NCBI GenBank assembly: GCA_039028835.1
Contig: JBCCHK010000007.1
Span: 72,371 to 136,370, forward strand
DNA: 64,000 nt
Origin: Pseudomonadota bacterium
GTDB lineage: Bacteria; Pseudomonadota; Alphaproteobacteria; JBCCHK01
Reading direction: 5' to 3'
In this document: positions 31,577 through 42,200 of the stretch, piece by piece
Layout: the number at the start of each line of letters is the position of its first letter
Numbering within the stretch: the stretch's first letter is position 1
Program-made: the position numbers and the translations under genes
The notes under the pieces: model-generated
The model's input: only the letters and a program-made list of their open reading frames with translations
What the model was told of the DNA's origin: nothing
Databases searched by the model: none

Positions 31577-31804
31577 ATGCCGAAACGAGTCCTCAACGGT
31601 AAGGTGGTTTCCACCAAACAAGATAAGTCGGTGGTTGTGCGCGTCGAACGGCAGCTGATCGATCCGGTCTATAAAAAGTTCGTGCGCCGTTCTAAGCAAT
31701 ACACGGCACATGATGAGAATAATGCCTGTGTGGTCGGCCAGCAGGTATCGATCCGCGAGTGCCGTCCGATTTCCAAACGCAAAACCTGGGTGGTGATGTC
31801 ATGA
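31577..31804 (+). CDS. rpsQ: 30S ribosomal protein S17
   Basis: [25 protein letters not shown]… canonical S17. Confidence 0.9.
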   Translation: MPKRVLNGKVVSTKQDKSVVVRVERQLIDPVYKKFVRRSKQYTAHDENNACVVGQQVSIRECRPISKRKTWVVMS

Positions 31805-32169
31805 TTCAAGTTGAAAGCCAGCTTGATGTGGCGGATAACTCCGGCGCGCGCCGCGTTCAGTGCATCAAGGTGCTGGGCGGGAGCAAGCGTCGCACCGCCG
31901 GCGTGGGGGACGTGATCGTTGTGGCGATCAAAGAAGTCCTGCCCCGCGGCCGGGTGCAAAAGGGTGAGGTGGCAAAAGCGGTGATCGTGCGCACCAAGCA
32001 CGCCGTGCGCCGCCCGGATGGCTCGGCCATTCGCTTTGATCGCAACGCGGCGGTTTTGCTCAGCAACCAAAACGAGCCGATTGGGACGCGCATTTTTGGC
32101 CCGGTCACCCGCGAATTGCGCGCGCGTAAGTTCATGAAGATCATCTCGCTTGCTCCGGAGGTGTTGTGA
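31801..32169 (+). CDS. rplN: 50S ribosomal protein L14
   Basis: [17 protein letters not shown]… canonical L14. Confidence 0.95.
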   Translation: MIQVESQLDVADNSGARRVQCIKVLGGSKRRTAGVGDVIVVAIKEVLPRGRVQKGEVAKAVIVRTKHAVRRPDGSAIRFDRNAAVLLSNQNEPIGTRIFGPVTRELRARKFMKIISLAPEVL

Positions 32170-32480
32170 TGAAGATTCGCAAGGGAGACCGGGTGATCGT
32201 TCGTGCGGGTCGCGATAAAGGGCAGACCGGCGAGGTGATTAAGGTGTTTCGGGATAAGAACAGGGTTGTGGTCAACGGCGTAAATATCTATAAGCGTCAT
32301 ACCCGTCCTTCTGCGGGCAATGCTGGCGGGATCGTCGAGACATCGATGCCGATTCACGTCTCTAACGTGGCGTTGCTTGACCCGAAGGATGCGGCCAAAC
32401 CGACTCGGGTGAGTTACAAGTTTCTCAAGGACGGTAGCAAGGTCCGCGTGGCCCAGCGCTCAGGTGAGGTCATCAGCTAA
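32166..32480 (+). CDS. rplX: 50S ribosomal protein L24
   Basis: [22 protein letters not shown]… canonical L24. Confidence 0.9.
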   Translation: MMKIRKGDRVIVRAGRDKGQTGEVIKVFRDKNRVVVNGVNIYKRHTRPSAGNAGGIVETSMPIHVSNVALLDPKDAAKPTRVSYKFLKDGSKVRVAQRSGEVIS

Positions 32481-33019
32481 TGGCGCGCTTGTTCGAGCAA
32501 TATCATGATGAGATCCGCCCGGCTCTTCTTAAGGAGTTTGGCTATCGCAATGTTCATCAGGTCGCCAAACTTTCTAAGGTGGTCTTGAACATGGGCGTGG
32601 GCGAGGGGGTTGGCGATCAAAAACTTGCGGCGGCGGCGGCGGAACAGCTCACCCAGATTGCCGGTCAACGAGCGGTCGTAACCCGGGCACGTAAGGCCAT
32701 CGCGGGCTTTAAGTTGCGCGAGGGGATGCCCGTCGGTGCTAAGGTCACCATTCGCGGCGCGCGGATGTATGAGTTTGTGGACCGCCTGGTGAACATTGCG
32801 TTGCCGCGGGTGCGAGACTTCCGCGGCCTGTCGGCGCGGAGTTTCGATGGTCGCGGCAATTACGCCTTTGGCTTGCGCGAGCATATCGTGTTCCCTGAGA
32901 TCGACTATGACTCGGTGGATAAAATTCGCGGTCTTGATGTGGTGATTCACACCACGACCGGGCGGGATGACGAAGCCAAGGCGTTACTTGCAGGCTTTGC
33001 CTTTCCTTTTCAATCGTAG
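32480..33019 (+). CDS. rplE: 50S ribosomal protein L5
   Basis: Canonical L5. Confidence 0.95.
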   Translation: MARLFEQYHDEIRPALLKEFGYRNVHQVAKLSKVVLNMGVGEGVGDQKLAAAAAEQLTQIAGQRAVVTRARKAIAGFKLREGMPVGAKVTIRGARMYEFVDRLVNIALPRVRDFRGLSARSFDGRGNYAFGLREHIVFPEIDYDSVDKIRGLDVVIHTTTGRDDEAKALLAGFAFPFQS

Positions 33020-33033
33020 ATAACGAGATCGTT

Positions 33034-33339
33034 ATGGCAAAAAAGAGTATGATTAACACGAATCTGCGGCGGAAGAAGCTGGTGGCGCGCTATCGCGGCA
33101 CGCGTGCGCGGCTCCGGGCGCAAGCGCGGGACCGCAATATCTCCTTAGAGGAGCGGTTTAAGGCCCAGGTCGCGCTGTCCGAGTTGCCGCGCAATTCGGC
33201 CAAGGTTCGTGTGCGCAATCGTTGCTTGGTGACAGGCCGTCCGCGCGGGTATCTCTCGCGCTTTCGGATGAGCCGGCTGAGTTTGCGCGATCTGATGAAC
33301 AAGGGGCTTATCCCCGGTCTGACAAAATCGAGCTGGTAG
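33034..33339 (+). CDS. rpsN: 30S ribosomal protein S14
   Basis: Canonical S14 (101 aa). Confidence 0.9.
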   Translation: MAKKSMINTNLRRKKLVARYRGTRARLRAQARDRNISLEERFKAQVALSELPRNSAKVRVRNRCLVTGRPRGYLSRFRMSRLSLRDLMNKGLIPGLTKSSW

Positions 33340-33340
33340 T

Positions 33341-33736
33341 ATGAATCTCAACGATCCTCTTGGCGATATGCTTACCCGGATTCGCAACGGCCAATCGGCG
33401 CGCAAGGCGACGACCGATGTGACCTGTTCTAAGATGCACGAGGCCGTACTCGCGGTGCTCAAGCAAGAGGGGTATATTGCGGACTATAAGCGCATCAAGC
33501 GCGATAAGTTTGATATGCTCGAAGTTCGTCTGCGCTATCACAACGACCAGCCTGTCATTCGGAACATTGGCCGTATTTCTAAGCCTGGTCGACGGGTTTA
33601 TTCGTCGATTGCTGATCTTACGCCTGCCTCTAATGGTCTGGGGGTGAAGATTCTTTCCACGTCGCACGGAGTCATGAGTGATGCCAAGGCGCGCTCTGTG
33701 AACATCGGCGGCGAAGTTCTGTGTGAGGTTTTTTAA
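33341..33736 (+). CDS. rpsH: 30S ribosomal protein S8
   Basis: MNLNDPLGDMLTRIRNG… canonical S8. Confidence 0.95.
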   Translation: MNLNDPLGDMLTRIRNGQSARKATTDVTCSKMHEAVLAVLKQEGYIADYKRIKRDKFDMLEVRLRYHNDQPVIRNIGRISKPGRRVYSSIADLTPASNGLGVKILSTSHGVMSDAKARSVNIGGEVLCEVF

Positions 33737-33739
33737 GCC

Positions 33740-34273
33740 ATGTCTCGCATCGGCAAAGCACCTGTTGCGATCCCTGAGGGCGTCACCGTGACCCTGGCGG
33801 ATCGTGTTTTGCAAGCCAAGGGAAAACTGGGCAGCCAGGCGGTCACGTTGGATGATGACGTGATCGTCCAGGTTAAAGACAATGTTGCCACGGTCTCCCC
33901 GCGCTCGGCTTCGCGTCGGGCACGCGCATTGTGGGGGACGACCCGCATGCTGGTGCACAACGCGGTGCACGGTGTGTCCGAGGGGTTTGTCAAAAATCTC
34001 GAGCTCTCTGGGGTGGGGTACCGCGCCGAGGTTAAAGGCTCTAACGTTGTGCTGAGTGTTGGCTTTTCTCACGCAAAAAGTCTGCCGATTCCAGAAGGGT
34101 TAACGGCCAAGTGCGCCAAGCCCACCTCGATTGCCATCTCTGGTGTAGATCGGCAGAAAATTGGCCAGTTTGCCGCCGATATTCGTGCTGTGCGCCCGCC
34201 TGAACCTTTCAAAGGCAAAGGCATTCGCTATGATGGCGAATACGTCCGCCGCAAGGAAGGGAAGAAAAAATAA
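33740..34273 (+). CDS. rplF: 50S ribosomal protein L6
   Basis: [15 protein letters not shown]… canonical L6. Confidence 0.95.
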   Translation: MSRIGKAPVAIPEGVTVTLADRVLQAKGKLGSQAVTLDDDVIVQVKDNVATVSPRSASRRARALWGTTRMLVHNAVHGVSEGFVKNLELSGVGYRAEVKGSNVVLSVGFSHAKSLPIPEGLTAKCAKPTSIAISGVDRQKIGQFAADIRAVRPPEPFKGKGIRYDGEYVRRKEGKKK

Positions 34274-34680
34274 TGACAACAATGTTGCGTCGGCGCACCC
34301 GGGTGCGTATGCAGGTTCATCGTCACAACAAGACAAGACGCCCCCGTCTTTCGGTCTTTCGCTCACGTGCGCATATCTATGGTCAGATTATCGACGATAC
34401 CAAGGGGGTAACCCTGGTGTCTGCCTCTAGTCTGGAGATGACGTCTAACGCTGCACCAGCCAAAAAGACTGACAAAAAGACCGGCACAAAGATCGTCAAG
34501 AAAACCGATAAGCCGCGCGGTGGTGATATCGCCGCGGCAGGGCGCGTGGGTAAATTGCTCGGCGAACGGGCTAAGGTCGTGGGCGTCAGCAGGGTCGTGT
34601 TTGATCGCGGCAGTTATCTATACCATGGTCGGGTCAAGGCCCTGGCCGAAGCCGCCCGTCAAAGCGGCCTGGAGTTCTAG
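34273..34680 (+). CDS. rplR: 50S ribosomal protein L18, with a short Lys-rich internal insertion
   Basis: L18 ends (…[27 protein letters not shown]) with a ~16-aa K/T-rich insertion ([25 protein letters not shown]). Confidence 0.9.
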   Translation: MTTMLRRRTRVRMQVHRHNKTRRPRLSVFRSRAHIYGQIIDDTKGVTLVSASSLEMTSNAAPAKKTDKKTGTKIVKKTDKPRGGDIAAAGRVGKLLGERAKVVGVSRVVFDRGSYLYHGRVKALAEAARQSGLEF

Positions 34681-34683
34681 TTT

Positions 34684-35556
34684 ATGTCAGCAAGAGACGA
34701 TTATTCCAACGCAGACGAGCGCGGCGACCTGATTGATCGCCTGGTGAGCATCAACCGGGTGGCGAAAGTCGTCAAAGGCGGGCGCCGGTTCGGCTTTGCC
34801 GCCCTGTCCGTGGTCGGCGATGGTCGCGGACGGATCGGCTATGGCTCGGGCAAGGCGCGGGAGGTCCCCGAAGCCGTGCGCAAGGCGACCGAACAGGCCA
34901 AACGCTCGATGATTCGTATTCCTCTAAGGGAAGGTCGGACGTTGCACCATGATCTGGTGGGGCGTTTTCGCGCGGGGCATGTGGTGTTGCGCGCCGCGCC
35001 GCCGGGAACCGGGATTATTGCCGGCGGGGCCATGCGCGCCGTATTTGAGGCCTTAGGTGCGCAGGATGTGGTGTGTAAGTCTGTTCGCTCGTCCAATCCG
35101 TATAATATGGTCAAGGCAACCTTTGCGGCCTTAAGGCAAATGGAAAGCCCGCGGGATGTGGCCGCCCGTCGCGGGATTAAGACCTCCCAGCTGGGTCTGG
35201 CGCGTAGAAAAATGGCAGAAAATACGGACAAAGATGAAGTGATAGAAAAAGCGGACGCGCCAGCCAAACCGCCGACCAAGACTACCGCAAAAGGGCCGGC
35301 CAAGCCGGTAAAAGGACCCGCGAAGACCGCTGCTCAAGGCCCTGTAAAGGATGAGGTGTCGGAAAAAAACGCCGAAAAACCCGCCGCCAAGCCGACCGAT
35401 AAAGCGGAGCCCACAAAGACAGAGTCTGCAAGTCCTGAACCTAAGAAGACAGAATCTGTGAAACCCGAGTCCAAGAAAACTGAGCCAACGCTAGAAAAAC
35501 AGGCCGAGCCTGCGATCGATAAAGCAGACACAGTAGAAAAAACAGATGAGGCCTAG
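34684..35556 (+). CDS. rpsE: 30S ribosomal protein S5 with a ~110-aa Lys/Ala/Pro/Glu/Thr-rich C-terminal extension
   Basis: S5 core to ~nt 35220, then …[28 protein letters not shown]…[15 protein letters not shown]… before the TAG. 290 aa against the usual ~170-200. Confidence 0.9.
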   Translation: MSARDDYSNADERGDLIDRLVSINRVAKVVKGGRRFGFAALSVVGDGRGRIGYGSGKAREVPEAVRKATEQAKRSMIRIPLREGRTLHHDLVGRFRAGHVVLRAAPPGTGIIAGGAMRAVFEALGAQDVVCKSVRSSNPYNMVKATFAALRQMESPRDVAARRGIKTSQLGLARRKMAENTDKDEVIEKADAPAKPPTKTTAKGPAKPVKGPAKTAAQGPVKDEVSEKNAEKPAAKPTDKAEPTKTESASPEPKKTESVKPESKKTEPTLEKQAEPAIDKADTVEKTDEA

Positions 35557-36018
35557 ATGATGGCGGACGAAAAGAAAACAACCAAAAAGCTCACCACGAA
35601 GCCGCTGGCCAAGCCGGCGGGTAAAACCCCTGCCAAAGGCGCGACGAAGGTGACGGCGAAGGGAGCGGCGAAAACGGCGACGGAAGTTCACGCAAAGTCT
35701 TTTGCAAAGTCTTCCGCAAAAACCAAACAGGCCACGAAACAGACGGTAACGGCGACGCCATCGACAAAACCAGGCAACGTGGCGGCCAAAAAACCGAGTC
35801 AAAAACCCGCAAAAAAAACTTCTACGCAGGGGTATGTACGGGTGACCCGCATCGGGAGTATGATTGGTCGTCCCCAAGATCAGCGTGCGACTCTTCTGGG
35901 TCTTGGCTTGCCTCGCACCCATGCCCAGAAGGTGCTAGAAAAAACACCGTCGGTCATGGGCATGATTCGCAAAGTTCGCCACCTGGTGCGTTGGGAAGAT
36001 GTGAGAAACGAACCATGA
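35557..36018 (+). CDS. rpmD: 50S ribosomal protein L30 with a ~90-aa Lys/Ala/Thr-rich N-terminal extension
   Basis: The L30 core (…[40 protein letters not shown]) begins only ~nt 35830. The ORF is in the same frame as rpsE and starts immediately after its TAG. There is no internal Met before the core, though a GTG at ~35775 is an alternative. Confidence 0.8.
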   Translation: MMADEKKTTKKLTTKPLAKPAGKTPAKGATKVTAKGAAKTATEVHAKSFAKSSAKTKQATKQTVTATPSTKPGNVAAKKPSQKPAKKTSTQGYVRVTRIGSMIGRPQDQRATLLGLGLPRTHAQKVLEKTPSVMGMIRKVRHLVRWEDVRNEP

Positions 36019-36476
36019 AACTCAATGAATTGAGCAAGAGTCCCGGCGCACGCCGCAAACGAGTCGGACGCGGGCAAGGTAGCGGTGTGGGTAAGACCTG
36101 TGGCCGCGGCATGAAGGGGCAGAAATCACGTACCGGCGTTGCGATCAAAGGCTTTGAAGGGGGGCAAATGCCGCTCTATCGCCGCTTGCCTAAGCGCGGC
36201 TTTAACAACAAGCGTTTTGCCACGACCTATCAAGTGCTCAATCTTGGACGCGTGAGCCAGGCCATCGAGCAAGGGCGTTTGCCCGCCAAGGGCACCATCG
36301 ATCATACCGCCTTAGTGGCCGCCGGGCTTGTGCGCGCCAAGGGACCCGCAGTGCGCTTGCTCGGTAAGGGCGATTTTGATCACAAAGGCATGACCTTTGT
36401 GGTCGCAGGAGCGTCAGCAGGGGCCATCAAGCGTATCGAAGACCTCGGCGGTAAGATCACCCCGCCGACAAGCTAA
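36015..36476 (+). CDS. rplO: 50S ribosomal protein L15
   Basis: [24 protein letters not shown]… canonical L15. Confidence 0.9.
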   Translation: MKLNELSKSPGARRKRVGRGQGSGVGKTCGRGMKGQKSRTGVAIKGFEGGQMPLYRRLPKRGFNNKRFATTYQVLNLGRVSQAIEQGRLPAKGTIDHTALVAAGLVRAKGPAVRLLGKGDFDHKGMTFVVAGASAGAIKRIEDLGGKITPPTS

Positions 36477-36482
36477 AATCCC

Positions 36483-37640
36483 GTGCTTATTCTTCTTGCC
36501 ATGTGCAGTGCGCTGAGTGTTACTGTCGGGTCAAGTTTGGTGACGGTCTCGGTTCTCTCAGGTAAGATTCTCGCGTCGCCCGCCTTGATGACTTTGCCTC
36601 TTGGGGTGCATTATCTGACGATTGCGGCATCCATGTTTGTGCTCAATATGGCGATGGCCCGGTGGGGGCGTAAACCGATTTATCTCATCGGTGCGCTTTT
36701 CTGTGTGGCGGGTGGTTGTTTGGCGGCTTTTGCTATGATGCAGAGCTCTTTTGCTTTGCTGGTGTTTTCTTCTTTTTTGCTTGGGATTTTTGCGGCCACA
36801 GCGCACACCTATCGCTTTGCCTTGATCGATAAGGCTGCGGTGGAGGATCATCCACGTTTGATCTCCTTGGTCCTGGCGGGGGGATTGATTGCGGCGTTTT
36901 TAGGGCCGCAGTTGTCTCATTTAAGTCATGATCTGCTCGCCCAGATTTTTGCTGGCACCTATGTGATGATCGCCGGGGTGGGGGTCTTGACCTTTGCTTT
37001 GATGAGCTTTGCACAGTTCGTCCCGCCCCCTAAACCTGACCCGCCGCGTGACGTGCGTGATCTAAGGTGTATCATCACCCATCCCCTTTTTATCACGGCG
37101 CTTGTCTGCGGCATGGTGAGCTATGGCGCGATGACGGGCTTGATGGGCGTGACTCCCCACGCGATGCACAGCTATGGTCATGGACTGCACTCGAGTGCGC
37201 TAACCATCCAGTGGCATGTCGTGGCGATGTTTGCGCCGTCGTTTTTCTTTGGCCTCTTGGTTAAGAGGCTTGGATTGATGACGGTCCTGCTGGTTGGGGC
37301 TGGATTTTATATCTTGTGTACGGTCATCTTGTGGTTCAGTCATGCGGTGATGTCCTTTCACATCGCGCTTGTGGCTTTGGGCATTGGGTGGAACTTTTTA
37401 TACACGGGTGGGACGACCTTGCTTGCCCGTTGCTATCGCCCGGCTGAGAGATTTTTTTGCCAAGGGATTAACGATACTTTTGTCTTTGCCTCATCAGGGC
37501 TTACCGCGCTGTTTTCCGGGGCGTTTCTTGTCTGGTTTGGCTGGCAGGCCTTTATTGCTCTGGTGGCCATTTTAGGTATCTTAGCAGCAGGGGTGGTCCT
37601 CATCGGCTCACGCTTGGGACGGGTGCCATCTACATCTTAA
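36483..37640 (+). CDS. MFS transporter (12 predicted TM segments)
   Basis: Hydrophobic profile and MFS motif A between TM2 and TM3 (MARWGRKPIYLIGA). Starts 6 nt after the rplO stop, in the position where secY normally sits. Confidence 0.7.
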   Translation: MLILLAMCSALSVTVGSSLVTVSVLSGKILASPALMTLPLGVHYLTIAASMFVLNMAMARWGRKPIYLIGALFCVAGGCLAAFAMMQSSFALLVFSSFLLGIFAATAHTYRFALIDKAAVEDHPRLISLVLAGGLIAAFLGPQLSHLSHDLLAQIFAGTYVMIAGVGVLTFALMSFAQFVPPPKPDPPRDVRDLRCIITHPLFITALVCGMVSYGAMTGLMGVTPHAMHSYGHGLHSSALTIQWHVVAMFAPSFFFGLLVKRLGLMTVLLVGAGFYILCTVILWFSHAVMSFHIALVALGIGWNFLYTGGTTLLARCYRPAERFFCQGINDTFVFASSGLTALFSGAFLVWFGWQAFIALVAILGILAAGVVLIGSRLGRVPSTS

Positions 37641-37666
37641 ATCATCATGATAACGGGAGGACATTC

Positions 37667-38251
37667 ATGCCCTACAGAAAACATGCTATCCAGATCATCT
37701 CACATCTGCTTTTTGTTGGCCTTGTAACGATTTTATCTGCGCAGACTGCCCGAGCGCAGCAGTTTGTCTTTGATAAATCTCACACTTATATCGGTTTTTC
37801 TATAGACCATCATGGTTATGCCAAGACAATCGGTCGTTTTGGCGCGTATGAAGGCCAAGCGGTGATCGATTTTAATCAGCCTGAGGCCAGTTCCATCCAG
37901 GTAGAGATCGAGGCGGCGAGCCTTGATACCGGGTGGCCCGCGCGAGATAATCATCTGCGGGGTCGTGGCTTTCTTAATACGGCCGAGCATCCGATAATCT
38001 CTTTTGTCTCGGATCGGATCGATCAGATCGATGATCGCACCGCGGATGTGGCGGGCCGTCTTACGATGACCGGGCAAACCCATGAGGTCACCATGCGGGT
38101 CGTGTTAAATAAAATCGCATCAGACCAGAACAAGGTTGGTTTTTCCGCCACCTTTACAATCGAGCGAAGTCGTTGGGGTGTCTCCAGACACTCACCGGCT
38201 GTCGGCGAAGAGGTGGCGGTGGTGATCGAAACGGAAATGGTTGCCCGATGA
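37667..38251 (+). CDS. YceI-family periplasmic protein
   Basis: Signal peptide followed by the YceI-like motif FDKSHTYIGFSIDHHGYAKTIGRF. Confidence 0.8.
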   Translation: MPYRKHAIQIISHLLFVGLVTILSAQTARAQQFVFDKSHTYIGFSIDHHGYAKTIGRFGAYEGQAVIDFNQPEASSIQVEIEAASLDTGWPARDNHLRGRGFLNTAEHPIISFVSDRIDQIDDRTADVAGRLTMTGQTHEVTMRVVLNKIASDQNKVGFSATFTIERSRWGVSRHSPAVGEEVAVVIETEMVAR

Positions 38252-38955
38252 TCAATCTACGTCCGATTGATCTGGAGGTAGGGACACACAAGCATGCCGA
38301 AGGGTCTTGTTTGGTGCGCTGGGGCGATACCCATGTGCTGTGCTGCGCGTCACTCAGCACCCGGTTACCGCCTTTTTTGCGCGGCAGTGGGGAAGGCTGG
38401 GTGACGGCAGAGTATGGCATGCTACCGCGATCGACGACCGAGCGGATCGATCGCCAGCGCGGCAACCATTCGGGACGCTCACAGGAAATCTCGCGCCTGA
38501 TTGGCCGTAGTCTGCGTTCTGCTGTGAATCGTCGCAAACTCGGTGAGATAGAAATCAAGATCGATTGTGATGTACTGCAAGCCGATGGCGGCACCCGCGT
38601 TGCTGCGATTGTGGGCGGTTTTGTTGCCATGGCGCAAGCTGTTGACCACTTGGTCGATCTACGCCGAGTGAGTATCACGCCCATCGTACGGATGGTTGGC
38701 GCGATTTCTGGTGGGATGGTGGACGGCAACCCAACCCTCGATTTGGATTACGAGCAAGATAGCCAGGCCCAGGCCGATGGGAGTTTTATTTTCGATGATA
38801 AGGGACAGATTATCGATCTGCATCTCATGAGTGAGCAGGTGCCTGTCGCTCATGAGGACATGCAAACCCTCCTTAGCCGGTCACGCACGGCGGTGTGCGA
38901 AGTCATTATTCCCACGCAACGGGACGCTCTTCGAGGATGCCGAGCGTTGCCGTGA
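38248..38955 (+). CDS. rph: ribonuclease PH
   Basis: MINLRPIDLEVG…CDVLQADGGTRVAAI… The ATG at 38248 overlaps the yceI stop. Confidence 0.9.
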   Translation: MINLRPIDLEVGTHKHAEGSCLVRWGDTHVLCCASLSTRLPPFLRGSGEGWVTAEYGMLPRSTTERIDRQRGNHSGRSQEISRLIGRSLRSAVNRRKLGEIEIKIDCDVLQADGGTRVAAIVGGFVAMAQAVDHLVDLRRVSITPIVRMVGAISGGMVDGNPTLDLDYEQDSQAQADGSFIFDDKGQIIDLHLMSEQVPVAHEDMQTLLSRSRTAVCEVIIPTQRDALRGCRALP

Positions 38956-39233
38956 GTATAGATATCCGCCGTCGGCAGCTTTTATACCGGGCGGAAAACC
39001 GTGGTACACGGGAGATGTGCATTTTACTCGGCGGTTTCGTGCGCACACATATCAACCAATGGCAAGACGAACAGCTGGATGAGCTAGAAAAGTTGCTGGA
39101 ATGCGCAGATACCGACCTTTATCATTGGCTTGCGAAAACAAAATCCCCGCCTGCCACGCCCGCCCCGCCTGCGGGTGATATCCTCAAAGCCCTCATCGAT
39201 GCGGTGGAGCAACGTTGCGATGATCGTTCCTGA
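38937..39233 (+). CDS. sdhE: succinate dehydrogenase flavinylation factor SdhE (SDHAF2 family)
   Basis: YRAENRGTREMCILLGGF…DTDLYHWL matches the SdhE RGxxE…DxDLxxW pattern. sdhE-mfd adjacency is typical of alphaproteobacteria. Confidence 0.7.
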   Translation: MPSVAVSIDIRRRQLLYRAENRGTREMCILLGGFVRTHINQWQDEQLDELEKLLECADTDLYHWLAKTKSPPATPAPPAGDILKALIDAVEQRCDDRS

Positions 39234-42200
39234 TCTTACGGGGATCATTCCATCTCAAGCCAAGGCGACCAGCTTGGCTGGCGTTGCCGATGGTTTTGAG
39301 GCTTTCGTGCTCGCCAGCCTATATCATGCGCAGCCAGACTCGAGCCTTGTTTACATCGCGCAAAACGATGCCAGTGCACAAACCTTTCTACAGACCTTAA
39401 ACTTTATCATCCCCAACGTTACAGCGGCGTGGCTGCCGGCGTGGGATTGCGCGCCTTATGATCGTATCTCGCCGCACGCGGATGTCATGGCCACGCGCAT
39501 TCAAACACTTTTAGGCCTTGCCCAAGACAAGCCAGCTGTTGTGGTGACGACGATCAACGCGGCCTTGCAAAAAATACCGCCCCGGGAAGGCTATCAACAG
39601 ACATGGTTTGAGGCAAAAAGTGGCGCGCGGATCGGGCGTGATGATTTAATCAGCCGCCTCGCGGCGTTGGGTTATCGGCGTACCTCGCAAGTGATCGAGC
39701 CAGGTGATTTTGTCGTCAACGGTGGATTGATCGACATTTTCGCCAGCGGCGAGGATCAACCGATCCGTTTGGATTTCTTCGGCGATGAGATTGAAACTGT
39801 TCGCCCGTTTGATCCCGCCAATCAACGTAGCAGCGACCGCCAGGTACACGTCACGATCCGCCCCTTTAGCGAGGTTGCCCTTCATGAAGAGGCAAGAGCA
39901 CGCTTTCGCAGTGGTTATCGCCAGGCTTTTGGCACGGTAGGAACCAGCGATAGCCTCTATGAGGCCATCAGCGCAGGTCATGTAGTGCCGGGGATGGAGC
40001 ATTGGTTGCCGCTTTTTTATAGAAAACTCGAGACATTGTTTGATTACGTTACTAAGGATTCAATCGTGGTGCTCGCGCCCCAGGCAGAGCGGCTCATGGC
40101 AGAGCGGCTCGAGTATATCCAAGATTTCTATGAGGCACGGCAACAAGCGTTAGAGGTCAAGACAGACAATCCCTATCGCCCCCTACCGCCCAGCGCCCTG
40201 TATCTGGATCGCACCATGTGGGCGCAAGCGATCACCAGCCACCGGATCATGAGTCTACATACTGCGACCGGAATTGGCTCTGATATGCGCACCCGCCCAG
40301 GGGTGGATTTTCGCGCCGCCCGGCAATCGCCGGATCGTGATGTATTGGTTGAGGTTGCCACCTACTTGCGTGAACAACGCGAGGCAGGACGGCACGTTCT
40401 ACTCACCGCAGCGAGTACCGGTGGGCAAGAGCGGCTGCGCAACTTGCTCAGCGGCGTCGGCACGTCCATCAGCCTCGTTCAGTCTTTGGCTGAGCTAGAT
40501 TCCGTGACCCCTGGCAGTGTTGTCTTGCCCCTAGAGCGTGGCTTTTGCAGCGATCATCTGATCGTCCTGACCGAGCAAGACATGTTTGGCGAGCGTTTGA
40601 CCCGCCGAAAACGCCGTCGCCGCGCTAATGCGGATATCGCTTTACTTACCCAGAGCCTGAATGCGGGGGACTTGGTCATCCACGCCGAACACGGTCTTGC
40701 GCGCTTTGCTGGATTGCAAACCCGGCAGGTGGGCGGCACCTTAGCCGAGTGTGCCCAACTGGAGTACGCCGATAATGCTAAGGTGTATGTTGCGGCGGTG
40801 CACTTTGATCTGCTTTCCAAAGCCGGGGCGGGCACACCGCCTGCGCTTGATCGGCTCGGGGGTATGGGTTGGCAGCAACGGCGTGCCCGGGCTAAAAAAC
40901 TCATCCGCGATATGGCCCAGGCGCTGATGAAAACCGCCGCCGCCCGCGCATCAGCGCAGTTACCGCCGATGACTTACCAAGCTGAAACCTACGAGCGTTT
41001 TTGCGCCCGCTTTGCCTTCCCTGAAACCGAAGACCAGCTGGCGGCGATTGACGATGTCATGAAAGACTTGCGTGGCCCTGCGCCGATGGATCGCTTAATC
41101 TGTGGCGATGTGGGTTTTGGCAAGACCGAAGTGGCCCTGCGCGCCGCCTTTGCTGTTGCGATGACGGGCAAGCAGGTTGCCGTCCTCGCCCCGACGACTC
41201 TGCTGGTGCGTCAGCACGTCGATGTTTTTCGCGAACGTTTTAAGAGTTTTCCGATCAAGGTCGGGGCTCTCTCGCGTTTGGTCTCGGACAAAGACAAAAA
41301 GCAGGTGCGTCACGGGCTCAGCGAAGGGACGATCGATATCGTCATCGGTACTCACGCCTTACTCTCAAAAGCGACAAAGTTTCATCGCTTGGGACTCGTC
41401 ATCATCGATGAAGAACAACGCTTTGGTGTGAGTCATAAAGAAAAGTTCAAGCAGCTCCGCGCCCAGACCCATGTGCTCTCGCTGACCGCCACGCCGATTC
41501 CGCGCACTTTGCAAATGGCATTAAGCGGCCTTCGCGGGATGTCGACCATCACGACCCCGCCGGTGGATCGCCTGGCCGTGCGCACCTTCGTCAGTGTTTT
41601 TGATCCGCTCATTATTAAAGACGCCATTGCCCGTGAGCTTTTTCGCGCCGGGCAGGTCTATGTGGTGTGCCCGCGTATCACAGACTTGGATGAGATACAG
41701 GCGCATCTGGCGGACTTAAACGTGCGCATGATGGTTGCGCACGGCCAGCTTCCGTCGCGCCAGCTAGAAGATATCATGACAAAGTTCTATGAGGGTGAGA
41801 TCGATGTTCTCATCAGCACCTCGATTATAGAAAGCGGCTTAGATGTCCCTAACGCGAACACGCTGATTGTCTATCATGCGGATCGTTTTGGTTTAGCGCA
41901 GTTGTACCAGATACGCGGACGGGTGGGGCGCGCCAAACGCCGAGCTTACGCCTATTTTACCCATGTCTCGCCGCGACTCACCACAGCAGCCCATCGCCGC
42001 CTGCGTGCGCTGGAGTCTCTCGAGCAATTAGGGAGCGGCTTCCAGCTTGCCAGCCAGGACCTGGATATTCGCGGCGCGGGCAATCTGCTCGGGGAAGAGC
42101 AATCGGGGCAGATTCGCGAGGTCGGTCCCGAACTTTACCAACACATGCTGGAAGAAGCGATTGCGCAACTTCGCGGCGAGACTTTGCCTAACCATTTCTC

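Noticed and set aside
36483-37640. Possibility that the ORF after rplO is a divergent secY
   Set aside because: It has a 12-TM MFS topology with motif A (GRKP between TM2 and TM3) and none of the SecY 10-TM plug or hinge signatures. The length and pattern fit MFS.
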